Assembly: GCF_003334335.1 (NCBI RefSeq)
Contig: NZ_QOWQ01000019.1
DNA length: 64,000 nucleotides
DNA from: Escherichia coli
GTDB lineage: Bacteria > Pseudomonadota > Gammaproteobacteria > Enterobacterales > Enterobacteriaceae
Reading direction: 5' to 3' (one strand)
Shown here: positions 21,080 through 33,067 of the stretch, in pieces
Layout: each line of letters starts with the position of its first letter
Position numbering within the stretch: the stretch's first letter is position 1
The notes under the pieces: model-generated
Seen by the model: only the letters and a program-made list of their open reading frames with translations
Databases searched by the model: none
What the model was told of the DNA's origin: nothing
Program-made: the position numbers and the translations under genes

Positions 21080-22069
21080 ATGAAACTCGCCGTTTATAGC
21101 ACAAAACAGTACGACAAGAAGTACCTGCAACAGGTGAACGAGTCCTTTGGCTTTGAGCTGGAATTTTTTGACTTTCTGCTGACGGAAAAAACCGCTAAAA
21201 CTGCCAATGGCTGCGAAGCGGTATGTATTTTCGTAAACGATGACGGCAGCCGCCCGGTGCTGGAAGAGCTGAAAAAGCACGGCGTTAAATATATCGCCCT
21301 GCGCTGTGCCGGTTTCAATAACGTCGACCTTGACGCGGCAAAAGAACTGGGGCTGAAAGTAGTCCGTGTTCCAGCCTATGATCCAGAGGCCGTTGCTGAA
21401 CACGCCATCGGTATGATGATGACGCTGAACCGCCGTATTCACCGCGCGTATCAGCGTACCCGTGATGCTAACTTCTCTCTGGAAGGTCTGACCGGCTTTA
21501 CTATGTATGGCAAAACGGCAGGCGTTATCGGTACCGGTAAAATCGGTGTGGCGATGCTGCGCATTCTGAAAGGTTTTGGTATGCGTCTGCTGGCGTTCGA
21601 TCCGTATCCAAGTGCAGCGGCGCTGGAACTCGGTGTGGAGTATGTCGATCTGCCAACCCTGTTCTCTGAATCAGACGTTATCTCTCTGCACTGCCCGCTG
21701 ACACCGGAAAACTATCATCTGTTGAACGAAGCCGCCTTCGAACAGATGAAAAATGGCGTGATGATCGTCAATACCAGTCGCGGTGCATTGATTGATTCTC
21801 AGGCAGCAATTGAAGCGCTGAAAAATCAGAAAATTGGTTCGTTGGGTATGGACGTGTATGAGAACGAACGCGATCTATTCTTTGAAGATAAATCCAACGA
21901 CGTGATCCAGGATGACGTATTCCGTCGCCTGTCTGCCTGCCACAACGTGCTGTTTACCGGGCACCAGGCATTCCTGACAGCAGAAGCTCTGACCAGTATT
22001 TCTCAGACTACGCTGCAAAACTTAAGCAATCTGGAAAAAGGCGAAACCTGCCCGAACGAACTGGTTTAA
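21080..22069 (+). CDS. ldhA: LdhA, fermentative NAD-dependent D-lactate dehydrogenase
   Basis: 329-aa ORF beginning MKLAVYSTKQYDKKYLQQVNESFGFELEFFDFLLTEKTAKTANGCEAVCIFVNDD, of the 2-hydroxyacid dehydrogenase family. Confidence 0.95.
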   Translation: MKLAVYSTKQYDKKYLQQVNESFGFELEFFDFLLTEKTAKTANGCEAVCIFVNDDGSRPVLEELKKHGVKYIALRCAGFNNVDLDAAKELGLKVVRVPAYDPEAVAEHAIGMMMTLNRRIHRAYQRTRDANFSLEGLTGFTMYGKTAGVIGTGKIGVAMLRILKGFGMRLLAFDPYPSAAALELGVEYVDLPTLFSESDVISLHCPLTPENYHLLNEAAFEQMKNGVMIVNTSRGALIDSQAAIEALKNQKIGSLGMDVYENERDLFFEDKSNDVIQDDVFRRLSACHNVLFTGHQAFLTAEALTSISQTTLQNLSNLEKGETCPNELV

Positions 22070-22179
22070 TCTTGCCGCTCCCCTGCATTCCAGGGGAGCT
22101 GATTCAGATAATCCCCAATGACCTTTCATCCTCTATTCTTAAAATAGTCCTGAGTCAGAAACTGTAATTGAGAACCACA

Positions 22180-22602
22180 ATGAAGAAAGTAGCCGCGTTT
22201 GTTGCGCTAAGCCTGCTGATGGCGGGATGTGTAAGTAATGACAAAATTGCTGTTACGCCAGAACAGCTACAGCATCATCGCTTTGTGCTGGAAAGCGTAA
22301 ACGGTAAGCCCGTGACCAGCGATAAAAATCCGCCAGAAATCAGCTTTGGTGAAAAAATGATGATTTCCGGCAGCATGTGTAACCGCTTTAGCGGTGAAGG
22401 CAAACTGTCTAATGGTGAACTGACAGCCAAAGGGCTGGCAATGACCCGTATGATGTGCGCTAACCCGCAGCTTAATGAACTCGATAACACCATTAGCGAA
22501 ATGCTGAAAGAAGGTGCACAAGTGGATCTGACCGCGAACCAGTTAACGCTGGCGACCGCAAAACAGACATTAACTTATAAGCTGGCGGATTTAATGAATT
22601 AA
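22180..22602 (+). CDS. hslJ: HslJ, heat-inducible lipoprotein
   Basis: ORF with lipoprotein signal MKKVAAFVALSLLMAGC (140 aa from the internal Met; the longest ORF starts at 22168). Confidence 0.85.
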   Translation: MKKVAAFVALSLLMAGCVSNDKIAVTPEQLQHHRFVLESVNGKPVTSDKNPPEISFGEKMMISGSMCNRFSGEGKLSNGELTAKGLAMTRMMCANPQLNELDNTISEMLKEGAQVDLTANQLTLATAKQTLTYKLADLMN

Positions 22603-22865
22603 TAGCTGCCACAGCTCCCGGCGGCAAGTGACTGTTCGCTACAGCGTTTGCCGTTGGGTAATGCACACATCCCAATCGCCGTACCATCCAGTTGACGGGC
22701 AACAGAAAGCGAACCGCCGATCATTGCACAATTTGCTTCTCCACTACTGGACATCGACGCTTTTAAACCTGGCGCTACGTGCGCGGCAGTCGCCTGCTGA
22801 ACAGGTTCACTACTACACGCCGACAACAATAAAGCGGCACACCCTACCCAAAACGCTGCTCGCAT
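22599..22865 (-). CDS. ydbJ: YdbJ, small lipoprotein (DUF333)
   Basis: 88-aa ORF with a lipobox (MRAAFWVGCAALLLSAC). Confidence 0.75.
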   Translation of the reverse strand: MRAAFWVGCAALLLSACSSEPVQQATAAHVAPGLKASMSSSGEANCAMIGGSLSVARQLDGTAIGMCALPNGKRCSEQSLAAGSCGSY

Positions 22866-23138
22866 CTTTTCTTCCTCTGATCTTCAAGCCAAACGACACC
22901 GCCATAAATAATAGGCAGCACAGAGGGCGGCGTCGAGAGCTGTCCTGCGCGTTGCCCCGCATTTTTACTTTTTTATGGCTATTTTTTTGCCCTCTGTTTG
23001 ATCAAAACATTCATTACGCTGATGTGGGGGACACAAAAGCGAAAATGCAGAAGAAAGCCATTTGCTAAAATTGAAAGATTACTACTGGGCGCGCAGCAAT
23101 TTCGTGCGCCCCTCATTTGCGCAATGTAAGGGTGTCAT

Positions 23139-26100
23139 ATGATTACTATTGACGGTAATGGCGCGGTTGCTTCGGTCGCATTTCGCACCAGTGAAGTTAT
23201 CGCCATCTACCCTATTACCCCCAGTTCCACGATGGCAGAACAGGCTGATGCCTGGGCCGGAAACGGCTTAAAGAACGTTTGGGGAGACACACCACGCGTG
23301 GTTGAAATGCAGTCGGAAGCGGGTGCTATCGCTACCGTGCATGGCGCTTTGCAGACGGGTGCCCTTTCAACATCGTTTACGTCATCGCAGGGTTTGCTGC
23401 TGATGATCCCGACGCTGTACAAACTGGCAGGCGAACTAACACCGTTTGTCCTGCATGTAGCGGCACGTACCGTTGCCACACATGCACTCTCTATTTTTGG
23501 CGATCATTCCGACGTTATGGCGGTGCGCCAGACGGGTTGCGCGATGTTGTGTGCAGCAAACGTCCAGGAAGCGCAAGACTTTGCTCTCATTTCGCAAATC
23601 GCGACGCTGAAAAGCCGCGTGCCATTTATTCATTTCTTTGATGGTTTCCGCACGTCCCACGAAATCAATAAAATTGTCCCGCTGGCCGATGACACGATTC
23701 TTGATCTCATGCCGCAGGTCGAAATTGATGCTCATCGCGCCCGGGCACTCAACCCGGAACATCCGGTGATCCGCGGTACGTCCGCCAATCCTGACACTTA
23801 TTTCCAGTCTCGCGAAGCCACCAACCCATGGTACAACGCGGTCTATGACCATGTTGAACAGGCGATGAATGATTTCTCTGCCGCGACAGGTCGTCAGTAT
23901 CAGCCGTTTGAATATTACGGGCATCCGCAAGCGGAACGGGTGATTATCCTGATGGGCTCTGCCATTGGCACCTGTGAAGAAGTGGTTGATGAATTGCTAA
24001 CCCGTGGCGAAAAAGTTGGCGTGCTGAAAGTTCGCCTGTACCGCCCCTTCTCCGCTAAACATTTACTGCAAGCTCTGCCGGGATCCGTACGCAGCGTGGC
24101 GGTACTGGACAGAACCAAAGAACCCGGTGCCCAGGCAGAACCGCTCTATCTGGATGTAATGACCGCACTGGCAGAAGCCTTTAATAATGGCGAGCGCGAA
24201 ACTCTGCCCCGTGTCATTGGTGGGCGCTATGGTCTTTCATCCAAAGAATTTGGCCCAGACTGTGTACTGGCGGTATTTGCCGAGCTCAACGCGGCTAAAC
24301 CGAAAGCGCGCTTTACGGTTGGTATTTACGATGATGTGACCAATCTGTCACTGCCGTTGCCGGAAAACACCCTGCCAAACTCGGCGAAACTGGAAGCCTT
24401 GTTTTATGGCCTTGGTAGTGATGGCAGCGTTTCCGCGACCAAAAACAATATCAAGATTATCGGTAATTCCACGCCGTGGTACGCACAGGGCTATTTTGTT
24501 TACGACTCCAAAAAGGCGGGCGGCCTGACGGTTTCTCACCTTCGAGTGAGCGAACAGCCGATTCGTTCCGCTTATCTCATTTCCCAGGCTGATTTTGTTG
24601 GCTGCCACCAGTTGCAGTTTATCGATAAATATCAGATGGCTGAGCGTTTAAAACCTGGCGGCATTTTCCTGCTCAACACGCCGTACAGCGCAGATGAAGT
24701 GTGGTCGCGCTTGCCGCAAGAAGTTCAGGCCGTGTTAAACCAGAAAAAAGCGCGCTTCTATGTGATTAACGCGGCGAAAATCGCCCGCGAATGTGGCCTG
24801 GCGGCCCGTATTAATACCGTCATGCAGATGGCTTTTTTCCATCTGACGCAAATTCTGCCTGGCGATAGCGCCCTCGCAGAATTGCAGGGTGCGATTGCCA
24901 AAAGTTACAGTAGCAAAGGCCAGGATCTGGTGGAACGCAACTGGCAGGCTCTGGCGCTGGCGCGTGAATCCGTAGAAGAAGTTCCGTTGCAACCGGTAAA
25001 TCCGCACAGCGCCAATCGACCGCCAGTGGTTTCCGATGCCGCCCCTGATTTCGTGAAAACCGTAACCGCTGCGATGCTCGCCGGGCTTGGTGACGCCCTC
25101 CCCGTTTCGGCGCTGCCGCCAGACGGCACCTGGCCGATGGGCACTACGCGCTGGGAAAAACGCAATATCGCCGAAGAGATCCCCATCTTGAAAGAGGAAC
25201 TCTGTACCCAATGTAACCACTGCGTTGCCGCTTGCCCACACTCAGCTATTCGCGCAAAAGTGGTGCCGCCTGAAGCGATGGAAAACGCCCCTGCCAGCCT
25301 GCATTCGCTGGATGTGAAATCGCGTGATATGCGCGGGCAGAAATATGTCTTGCAGGTGGCACCGGAAGATTGCACCGGTTGTAACCTGTGCGTCGAAGTT
25401 TGCCCGGCGAAAGACCGTCAGAATCCAGAGATTAAAGCCATCAATATGATGTCTCGCCTGGAACATGTCGAAGAAGAGAAAATCAATTACGATTTCTTCC
25501 TCAACCTGCCAGAAATCGACCGTAGCAAACTGGAACGTATTGATATTCGTACATCGCAGCTGATTACACCGCTGTTTGAATATTCAGGTGCTTGCTCCGG
25601 TTGTGGCGAGACGCCGTATATTAAATTACTGACTCAGCTCTATGGCGACCGGATGTTGATCGCTAACGCCACTGGCTGTTCTTCAATTTATGGCGGTAAC
25701 CTGCCCTCTACACCGTATACCACCGATGCCAACGGTCGTGGGCCGGCATGGGCGAACTCTCTATTTGAAGATAATGCCGAATTTGGCCTTGGTTTCCGCC
25801 TGACGGTCGATCAACACCGTGTCCGCGTGCTGCGTCTGCTGGATCAATTTGCCGATAAAATCCCGGCGGAATTACTGACGGCGTTGAAATCAGACGCCAC
25901 GCCAGAGGTTCGTCGTGAACAGGTTGCAGCTTTACGCCAGCAACTCAACGATGTTGCCGAAGCACATGAACTGCTACGTGATGCAGATGCACTGGTGGAA
26001 AAATCAATCTGGCTGATTGGTGGTGATGGCTGGGCTTACGATATCGGCTTTGGCGGTCTGGATCATGTATTGAGTTTGACGGAAAACGTCAACATTCTGG

Positions 26101-26663
26101 TGCTGGATACGCAATGCTATTCCAACACCGGTGGTCAGGCGTCGAAAGCGACACCGCTGGGTGCAGTAACTAAATTTGGCGAGCACGGCAAACGTAAAGC
26201 GCGTAAAGATCTTGGCGTCAGTATGATGATGTACGGTCATGTTTATGTGGCGCAGATTTCTCTCGGCGCGCAGCTGAACCAGACGGTGAAAGCGATTCAG
26301 GAAGCGGAAGCGTATCCGGGGCCATCGCTGATCATTGCTTATAGCCCGTGTGAAGAGCATGGTTACGATCTGGCACTCAGCCACGACCAGATGCGCCAAC
26401 TCACAGCTACCGGCTTCTGGCCGCTATATCGCTTTGATCCGCGTCGTGCCGATGAAGGCAAACTGCCGCTGGCCTTGGATTCACGCCCGCCGTCAGAAGC
26501 ACTGGAAGAAACGTTACTTCACGAGCAACGTTTCCGTCGGCTGAATTCGCAGCAGCCAGAAGTGGCAGAACAGTTATGGAAAGATGCTGCAGCTGATTTG
26601 CAAAAACGCTATGACTTCCTGGCACAAATGGCCGGAAAAGCGGAAAAAAGCAACACCGATTAA
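23139..26663 (+). CDS. ydbK: Pyruvate:flavodoxin/ferredoxin oxidoreductase (PFOR)
   Basis: 1174-aa ORF with 4Fe-4S ferredoxin Cys motifs (CTQCNHCVAACP, CTGCNLCVEVCP) and a thiamine-pyrophosphate-binding region (GGDGWAYDIGFGG). Confidence 0.95.
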   Translation: MITIDGNGAVASVAFRTSEVIAIYPITPSSTMAEQADAWAGNGLKNVWGDTPRVVEMQSEAGAIATVHGALQTGALSTSFTSSQGLLLMIPTLYKLAGELTPFVLHVAARTVATHALSIFGDHSDVMAVRQTGCAMLCAANVQEAQDFALISQIATLKSRVPFIHFFDGFRTSHEINKIVPLADDTILDLMPQVEIDAHRARALNPEHPVIRGTSANPDTYFQSREATNPWYNAVYDHVEQAMNDFSAATGRQYQPFEYYGHPQAERVIILMGSAIGTCEEVVDELLTRGEKVGVLKVRLYRPFSAKHLLQALPGSVRSVAVLDRTKEPGAQAEPLYLDVMTALAEAFNNGERETLPRVIGGRYGLSSKEFGPDCVLAVFAELNAAKPKARFTVGIYDDVTNLSLPLPENTLPNSAKLEALFYGLGSDGSVSATKNNIKIIGNSTPWYAQGYFVYDSKKAGGLTVSHLRVSEQPIRSAYLISQADFVGCHQLQFIDKYQMAERLKPGGIFLLNTPYSADEVWSRLPQEVQAVLNQKKARFYVINAAKIARECGLAARINTVMQMAFFHLTQILPGDSALAELQGAIAKSYSSKGQDLVERNWQALALARESVEEVPLQPVNPHSANRPPVVSDAAPDFVKTVTAAMLAGLGDALPVSALPPDGTWPMGTTRWEKRNIAEEIPILKEELCTQCNHCVAACPHSAIRAKVVPPEAMENAPASLHSLDVKSRDMRGQKYVLQVAPEDCTGCNLCVEVCPAKDRQNPEIKAINMMSRLEHVEEEKINYDFFLNLPEIDRSKLERIDIRTSQLITPLFEYSGACSGCGETPYIKLLTQLYGDRMLIANATGCSSIYGGNLPSTPYTTDANGRGPAWANSLFEDNAEFGLGFRLTVDQHRVRVLRLLDQFADKIPAELLTALKSDATPEVRREQVAALRQQLNDVAEAHELLRDADALVEKSIWLIGGDGWAYDIGFGGLDHVLSLTENVNILVLDTQCYSNTGGQASKATPLGAVTKFGEHGKRKARKDLGVSMMMYGHVYVAQISLGAQLNQTVKAIQEAEAYPGPSLIIAYSPCEEHGYDLALSHDQMRQLTATGFWPLYRFDPRRADEGKLPLALDSRPPSEALEETLLHEQRFRRLNSQQPEVAEQLWKDAAADLQKRYDFLAQMAGKAEKSNTD

Positions 26664-26692
26664 ATGCTCTGGATAAGGATTATCCAATTCTA

Positions 26693-26802
26693 AAAAAAAA
26701 GCCCGGACGACTGTTCGGGCTTGTCTTTTTATATGTTGGAAAATCAGTGGCAATGCAATGGCCCAACAGAAAATAAAATCTGTGACAATAAAGGCATATA
26801 AC
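26693..26802 (-). ncRNA. micC: MicC, Hfq-dependent sRNA repressing ompC
   Basis: The reverse complement reads GTTATATGCCTTTATTGTCACAGATTTTATTTTCTGTTGGGCC...AAGCCCGAACAGTCGTCCGGGCTTTTTTT, matching MicC as recalled, in the conserved ompN-ydbK intergenic position; the terminator hairpin also serves ydbK on the + strand. Confidence 0.85.
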
Positions 26803-27029
26803 CCGCGCAGAATAACGTATAGCAAATTAAAAGTATAATTTTTATTTTGTATGTATTATCTTCGATACATTCACCAGACTTATTATCATTTCAGAGGAAT
26901 TATTTGATTAAGGTTTTACTTAAGGCGTAACAAATGATATTTATCGGCTAACTGAACTTCTCCTTTAGGATGTTTTCACTCCCCGAAATGGGGATAAAAG
27001 GCAAATAAAATAACTAAAGGATTTATTCA

Positions 27030-28163
27030 ATGAAAAGCAAAGTACTGGCACTTTTAATTCCTGCCCTGCTCGCCGCAGGTGCTGCACATGCAGCCGAAGT
27101 TTATAATAAAGACGGCAACAAATTAGATCTGTATGGCAAAGTTGATGGCCTGCATTATTTTTCTGATAATTCAGCGAAAGATGGCGACCAGAGCTATGCG
27201 CGTCTGGGTTTTAAAGGCGAAACCCAAATTAACGATCAACTCACTGGCTACGGTCAATGGGAATACAATATTCAGGCAAACAACACTGAATCTTCAAAAA
27301 ACCAGTCATGGACCCGTCTGGCATTTGCCGGGCTGAAATTTGCAGATTACGGTTCTTTCGATTACGGACGTAATTATGGCGTAATGTACGACATCGAAGG
27401 CTGGACCGATATGCTGCCTGAATTTGGCGGTGACTCTTATACCAATGCAGACAACTTTATGACTGGTCGAGCCAATGGCGTCGCGACTTATCGTAATACT
27501 GATTTCTTCGGTCTGGTAAATGGTCTGAACTTCGCGGTGCAGTATCAAGGTAACAACGAAGGAGCCAGTAATGGTCAGGAAGGCACCAACAACGGACGTG
27601 ATGTTCGCCATGAAAACGGTGACGGCTGGGGTCTTTCCACAACATATGATTTAGGCATGGGCTTTAGCGCTGGTGCGGCATACACCTCTTCTGACCGCAC
27701 CAATGACCAGGTTAACCATACTGCGGCGGGTGGTGATAAAGCAGACGCGTGGACTGCTGGGCTAAAATACGATGCTAACAATATTTACCTGGCAACCATG
27801 TATTCAGAAACGCGTAATATGACCCCGTTTGGCGACAGCGATTATGCTGTGGCAAACAAAACCCAGAATTTTGAAGTCACTGCACAGTACCAGTTTGATT
27901 TTGGTCTGCGTCCGGCAGTCTCTTTCCTGATGTCTAAAGGCCGTGACCTGCACGCTGCGGGTGGTGCAGACAACCCGGCAGGTGTTGATGATAAAGATCT
28001 GGTTAAATACGCCGATATTGGCGCGACTTACTATTTCAATAAAAACATGTCCACCTACGTTGACTATAAAATCAACCTGTTGGATGAAGATGACAGCTTC
28101 TACGCTGCCAATGGCATCTCTACCGATGATATTGTCGCTTTAGGTCTGGTTTATCAGTTCTAA
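27030..28163 (+). CDS. ompN: OmpN, OmpC/OmpF-family general porin
   Basis: 377-aa ORF with signal peptide [21 protein letters not shown] and a porin C-terminus ending LVYQF. Confidence 0.9.
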   Translation: MKSKVLALLIPALLAAGAAHAAEVYNKDGNKLDLYGKVDGLHYFSDNSAKDGDQSYARLGFKGETQINDQLTGYGQWEYNIQANNTESSKNQSWTRLAFAGLKFADYGSFDYGRNYGVMYDIEGWTDMLPEFGGDSYTNADNFMTGRANGVATYRNTDFFGLVNGLNFAVQYQGNNEGASNGQEGTNNGRDVRHENGDGWGLSTTYDLGMGFSAGAAYTSSDRTNDQVNHTAAGGDKADAWTAGLKYDANNIYLATMYSETRNMTPFGDSDYAVANKTQNFEVTAQYQFDFGLRPAVSFLMSKGRDLHAAGGADNPAGVDDKDLVKYADIGATYYFNKNMSTYVDYKINLLDEDDSFYAANGISTDDIVALGLVYQF

Positions 28164-28172
28164 ATCCTCCTG

Positions 28173-28196
28173 CCCGCTGTTATGGCGGGCTTTTTC
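28173..28196 (+). terminator. Intrinsic terminator after ompN
   Basis: gcccgc-tgttat-ggcgggc followed by ttttt. Confidence 0.7.
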
Positions 28197-28222
28197 TGCT
28201 TATTCTTCCTCCTTTGATCTAA

Positions 28223-28738
<516 letters not shown>

Positions 28739-28745
28739 CACTAAC

Positions 28746-28771
28746 GCCCGCACATTGCTGCGGGCTTTTTG
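28746..28771 (+). terminator. Intrinsic terminator after uspF
   Basis: gcccgca-cattgc-tgcgggc followed by ttttt. Confidence 0.7.
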
Positions 28772-28914
28772 ATTCATTTCGCAAATGTGCTGACATTTTC
28801 CCCTCTAATCCGTACCATACACGCCACAGTTTTTTATATCAGATTTCTTATGCTGGGCGTTCCGGCATGACGCATACTCTTCTGATGCCATATAACGAAT
28901 TGAGTCGCTTTTAA

Positions 28915-29850
28915 ATGTCGCAAAATCAAGAAATTAGTAAGAAAGAACAATACAACCTGAACAAATTACAAAAACGTCTGCGTCGTAACGTGGGCGAAGC
29001 CATTGCTGACTTCAATATGATTGAAGAAGGCGATCGCATCATGGTTTGCCTCTCCGGGGGTAAAGACAGCTATACCATGCTGGAGATTCTGCGCAATTTG
29101 CAGCAAAGCGCGCCAATCAATTTTTCGCTGGTGGCTGTTAACCTCGATCAAAAGCAACCGGGCTTCCCGGAACACGTTCTGCCCGAGTATCTTGAAAAGC
29201 TGGGCGTTGAGTACAAGATTGTTGAAGAGAATACTTACGGTATCGTGAAAGAGAAGATTCCAGAGGGCAAAACCACTTGCTCACTGTGTTCTCGCCTTCG
29301 TCGCGGTATCCTTTATCGTACCGCAACGGAACTGGGGGCGACGAAGATCGCGTTGGGTCACCATCGTGACGATATCCTGCAAACGTTGTTCTTAAATATG
29401 TTCTACGGCGGTAAGATGAAAGGTATGCCTCCGAAACTGATGAGCGATGATGGCAAACATATCGTTATTCGTCCGCTGGCCTACTGCCGCGAGAAAGATA
29501 TTCAGCGATTTGCCGATGCAAAAGCGTTCCCGATTATTCCGTGCAACCTGTGCGGTTCACAGCCTAACCTGCAACGTCAGGTGATTGCTGACATGTTGCG
29601 TGACTGGGATAAACGTTATCCAGGGCGTATCGAGACGATGTTCAGCGCGATGCAGAATGTGGTGCCGTCGCATCTGTGCGATACCAACCTGTTCGATTTC
29701 AAAGGCATCACCCACGGTTCTGAAGTGGTTAACGGGGGTGATCTGGCGTTTGATCGCGAAGAGATCCCACTACAACCGGCGTGCTGGCAGCCAGAAGAAG
29801 ATGAAAATCAGTTGGATGAGTTACGGCTGAATGTGGTTGAAGTGAAATAA
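28915..29850 (+). CDS. ttcA: TtcA, tRNA 2-thiocytidine(32) synthetase
   Basis: 311-aa ORF with PP-loop SGGKDS and CxxC motifs. Its N-terminus ([17 protein letters not shown]) differs from the K-12 TtcA N-terminus as I recall it ([17 protein letters not shown]). Confidence 0.9.
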   Translation: MSQNQEISKKEQYNLNKLQKRLRRNVGEAIADFNMIEEGDRIMVCLSGGKDSYTMLEILRNLQQSAPINFSLVAVNLDQKQPGFPEHVLPEYLEKLGVEYKIVEENTYGIVKEKIPEGKTTCSLCSRLRRGILYRTATELGATKIALGHHRDDILQTLFLNMFYGGKMKGMPPKLMSDDGKHIVIRPLAYCREKDIQRFADAKAFPIIPCNLCGSQPNLQRQVIADMLRDWDKRYPGRIETMFSAMQNVVPSHLCDTNLFDFKGITHGSEVVNGGDLAFDREEIPLQPACWQPEEDENQLDELRLNVVEVK

Positions 29851-29858
29851 CCAGGATA

Positions 29859-29932
29859 GCGCCCGATGCGCAAGCGTATCGGGCTACTCTTATGGAGGCC
29901 GGATAAGACGCGGCCAGCGTCGCATCCGGCAA
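29859..29932. repeat. REP (repetitive extragenic palindromic) elements between ttcA and dbpA
   Basis: Two imperfect palindromes of REP type: gcccgatgcgcaagcgtatcgggc and gccggataagacgcggccagcgtcgcatccggc. Confidence 0.7.
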
Positions 29933-29978
29933 TCCCGAATAAGATGTTTACTCTTGCACCCGGCAATTCAACATTTCA

Positions 29979-31352
29979 TTATTTTAATAACCGCACCCGG
30001 CACGTTTTTCCTTTAATCTTCCCGCCCTGTAACTGTTTCCATGCTTTATGAGCAACAGCCTGACGGACCGCGACATAGACATGCGCCGGATGCACGGCGA
30101 TTTTGCCAATATCTGCGCCATCAAGCCCGATATCTCCTGTCAGTGCACCTAATACATCACCCGGGCGCATTTTGGCTTTTTTCCCGCCATCGATACACAA
30201 CGTTGCCATTTCTGCTTCCAGCGTCGCAATGGAACTATTAGCTGGCGGCGTTTGCCAGTTAAGTTTTATCTGCAACATGTCAGAAATGATATTGGCCCGC
30301 TGTGCTTCTTCCGGAGCACAGAAACTGATCGCCAGACCGCTATTTCCTGCACGAGCTGTACGACCGATGCGATGTACATGAACTTCAGGGTCCCACGCCA
30401 GCTCAAAGTTCACCACCAGCTCAAGCGATTTAATATCCAGACCACGCGCAGCAACATCAGTCGCGACCAGTACACGGGCGCTACCGTTAGCAAAACGTAC
30501 CAGGGTCTGATCGCGATCGCGTTGCTCCAAATCGCCGTGTAATGACAATGCACTTTGCCCTACTTCATTCAGCGCGTCGCAGACAGCCTGGCAATCTTTT
30601 TTGGTATTGCAAAACACCACGCAAGAGGATGGCTGATGCAAGCTTAATAACCGTTGCAACAGAGGAATTTTGCCTTTGCTGGATGTCTCATAAAATTGTT
30701 GTTCAATGGGTGGCAAAGCATCTGTTGAGTCAATTTCAATCGCCAAAGGATCGCGTTGCACTCGTCCGCTGATTGCAGCGATGGCTTCCGGCCAGGTTGC
30801 CGAAAACAGAAGCGTCTGTCGAGATGCAGGCGCAAAACGGATGACATCATCAATGGCATCGCTAAATCCCATATCCAGCATGCGGTCGGCCTCATCCATC
30901 ACCAGCGTATTCAACGCATCCAGTGATACCGTGCCTTTTTGCAGGTGATCCAGCAAACGCCCCGGCGTTGCCACGATAATATGCGGCGCATGTTGCAACG
31001 AATCACGCTGCATACCGAACGGTTGACCACCGCACAACGTCAAAATTTTGGTATTTGGCAGAAAACGCGCCAGCCGACGCAATTCACCTGCCACCTGATC
31101 CGCCAGTTCACGCGTAGGACACAGCACTAAAGCCTGGGTTTGAAATAGCGACGCATCAATTTGCTGTAACAAGCCGAGGCCAAAAGCCGCCGTTTTGCCG
31201 CTGCCGGTTTTCGCCTGCACGCGAACATCTTTTCCGGCAAGGATCGCCGGAAGCGCGGCGGCCTGCACCGGCGTCATGGTTAAATAACCCAACTCATTAA
31301 GGTTCGTGAGTTGGGCGGGAGGCAAAACATTCAGGGTAGAAAAAGCGGTCAC
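29979..31352 (-). CDS. dbpA: DbpA, ATP-dependent DEAD-box RNA helicase specific for 23S rRNA
   Basis: 457-aa ORF with DEAD-box motifs (AKTGSGKT, DEAD, SAT) and a C-terminal RNA-binding domain. Confidence 0.9.
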   Translation of the reverse strand: MTAFSTLNVLPPAQLTNLNELGYLTMTPVQAAALPAILAGKDVRVQAKTGSGKTAAFGLGLLQQIDASLFQTQALVLCPTRELADQVAGELRRLARFLPNTKILTLCGGQPFGMQRDSLQHAPHIIVATPGRLLDHLQKGTVSLDALNTLVMDEADRMLDMGFSDAIDDVIRFAPASRQTLLFSATWPEAIAAISGRVQRDPLAIEIDSTDALPPIEQQFYETSSKGKIPLLQRLLSLHQPSSCVVFCNTKKDCQAVCDALNEVGQSALSLHGDLEQRDRDQTLVRFANGSARVLVATDVAARGLDIKSLELVVNFELAWDPEVHVHRIGRTARAGNSGLAISFCAPEEAQRANIISDMLQIKLNWQTPPANSSIATLEAEMATLCIDGGKKAKMRPGDVLGALTGDIGLDGADIGKIAVHPAHVYVAVRQAVAHKAWKQLQGGKIKGKTCRVRLLK

Positions 31353-31612
31353 AATCTATTCTCGTGGTCATCGACGCAAAGTTAGCAGGCGCGTATCCTC
31401 GCAGATCTACGCTCACGATGCGACAATTTAATCGGTTCTTCATCGGGTGGTGGGTCAGGCATGGGTTGCGGGCGAGGGATCGGATCGGGCACTGGAACAG
31501 GATCGCCAGGAATCGGTTCAGGGACAGGAATTTGCAAATAAATAAGTGTCGTCATATTTCCCTCTGGTCATTGGGTGGACTCTTAAAGGGTAGACGCTGA
31601 TAAATAACAGGC

Positions 31613-31734
31613 AAAAAAAAGCCGACTCATCAAAGTCGGCGTCGTACGAATCAATTGTGCTATGCAGTAATTCAAAAAAGGAAGTAAGACAATATGGAGC
31701 GCAACGCCCATCGCTTGACGTTGCATTCACCTGC
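31613..31734 (-). ncRNA. fnrS: FnrS, FNR-activated Hfq-dependent sRNA
   Basis: The reverse complement reads GCAGGTGAATGCAACGTCAAGCGATGGGCGTTGCGCTCCATATTGTCTTACTTCC...GCCGACTTTGATGAGTCGGCTTTTTTTT (122 nt), in the conserved zntB-dbpA intergenic position. Confidence 0.85.
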
Positions 31735-31769
31735 AAGAGAGATATTGCCCTGAATGGGTAGAGAGTTTA

Positions 31770-31783
31770 TTGACTTCGCTCAA
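31770..31783 (-). promoter_or_regulatory. FNR box (TTGAGcgaaGTCAA) about 42 bp upstream of the fnrS 5' end
   Basis: Matches the FNR consensus TTGAT-N4-ATCAA at class II spacing relative to the inferred fnrS start. Confidence 0.75.
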
Positions 31784-31829
31784 ACTTTGCGGCGTTTTTG
31801 TATACAGACAGCCGGAAAAATTGCTTTTG

Positions 31830-32834
<1,005 letters not shown>

Positions 32835-33067
32835 TTATTTTGTAGTCTAGCCTTCTGGCCCTGTTACGCAACATCTCATCACCCCATTACCCTGAAATGA
32901 TTAATAAAATTCTGTCTAAATTGAATACAAAAAGCAAAATGCTTTTCCGTATACAAACCGTGTGAAGTGTTAAATAGCGTCTATCATTATCAGAATTATC
33001 TGATCATATGACGTGGCTTTTTTGCGATCGGATAGCAACAAAAATTGATAAAAATAACGGGATCTCA

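Noticed and set aside
22078-22099. Hairpin ctcccctg-cattc-caggggag after ldhA, as a terminator
   Set aside because: It is not followed by a T-run, so its function is uncertain.
22628-23068. 146-aa + strand ORF spanning the ydbJ-ydbK intergenic region
   Set aside because: It overlaps ydbJ on the opposite strand, has a low-complexity composition and has no ribosome-binding site; it is probably a spurious ORF across the ydbK promoter region.
24735-25375. Overlapping 156- to 168-aa minus-strand ORFs inside the pyruvate:flavodoxin oxidoreductase gene
   Set aside because: They are antisense to a highly conserved gene and have the composition typical of GC-rich antisense frames.
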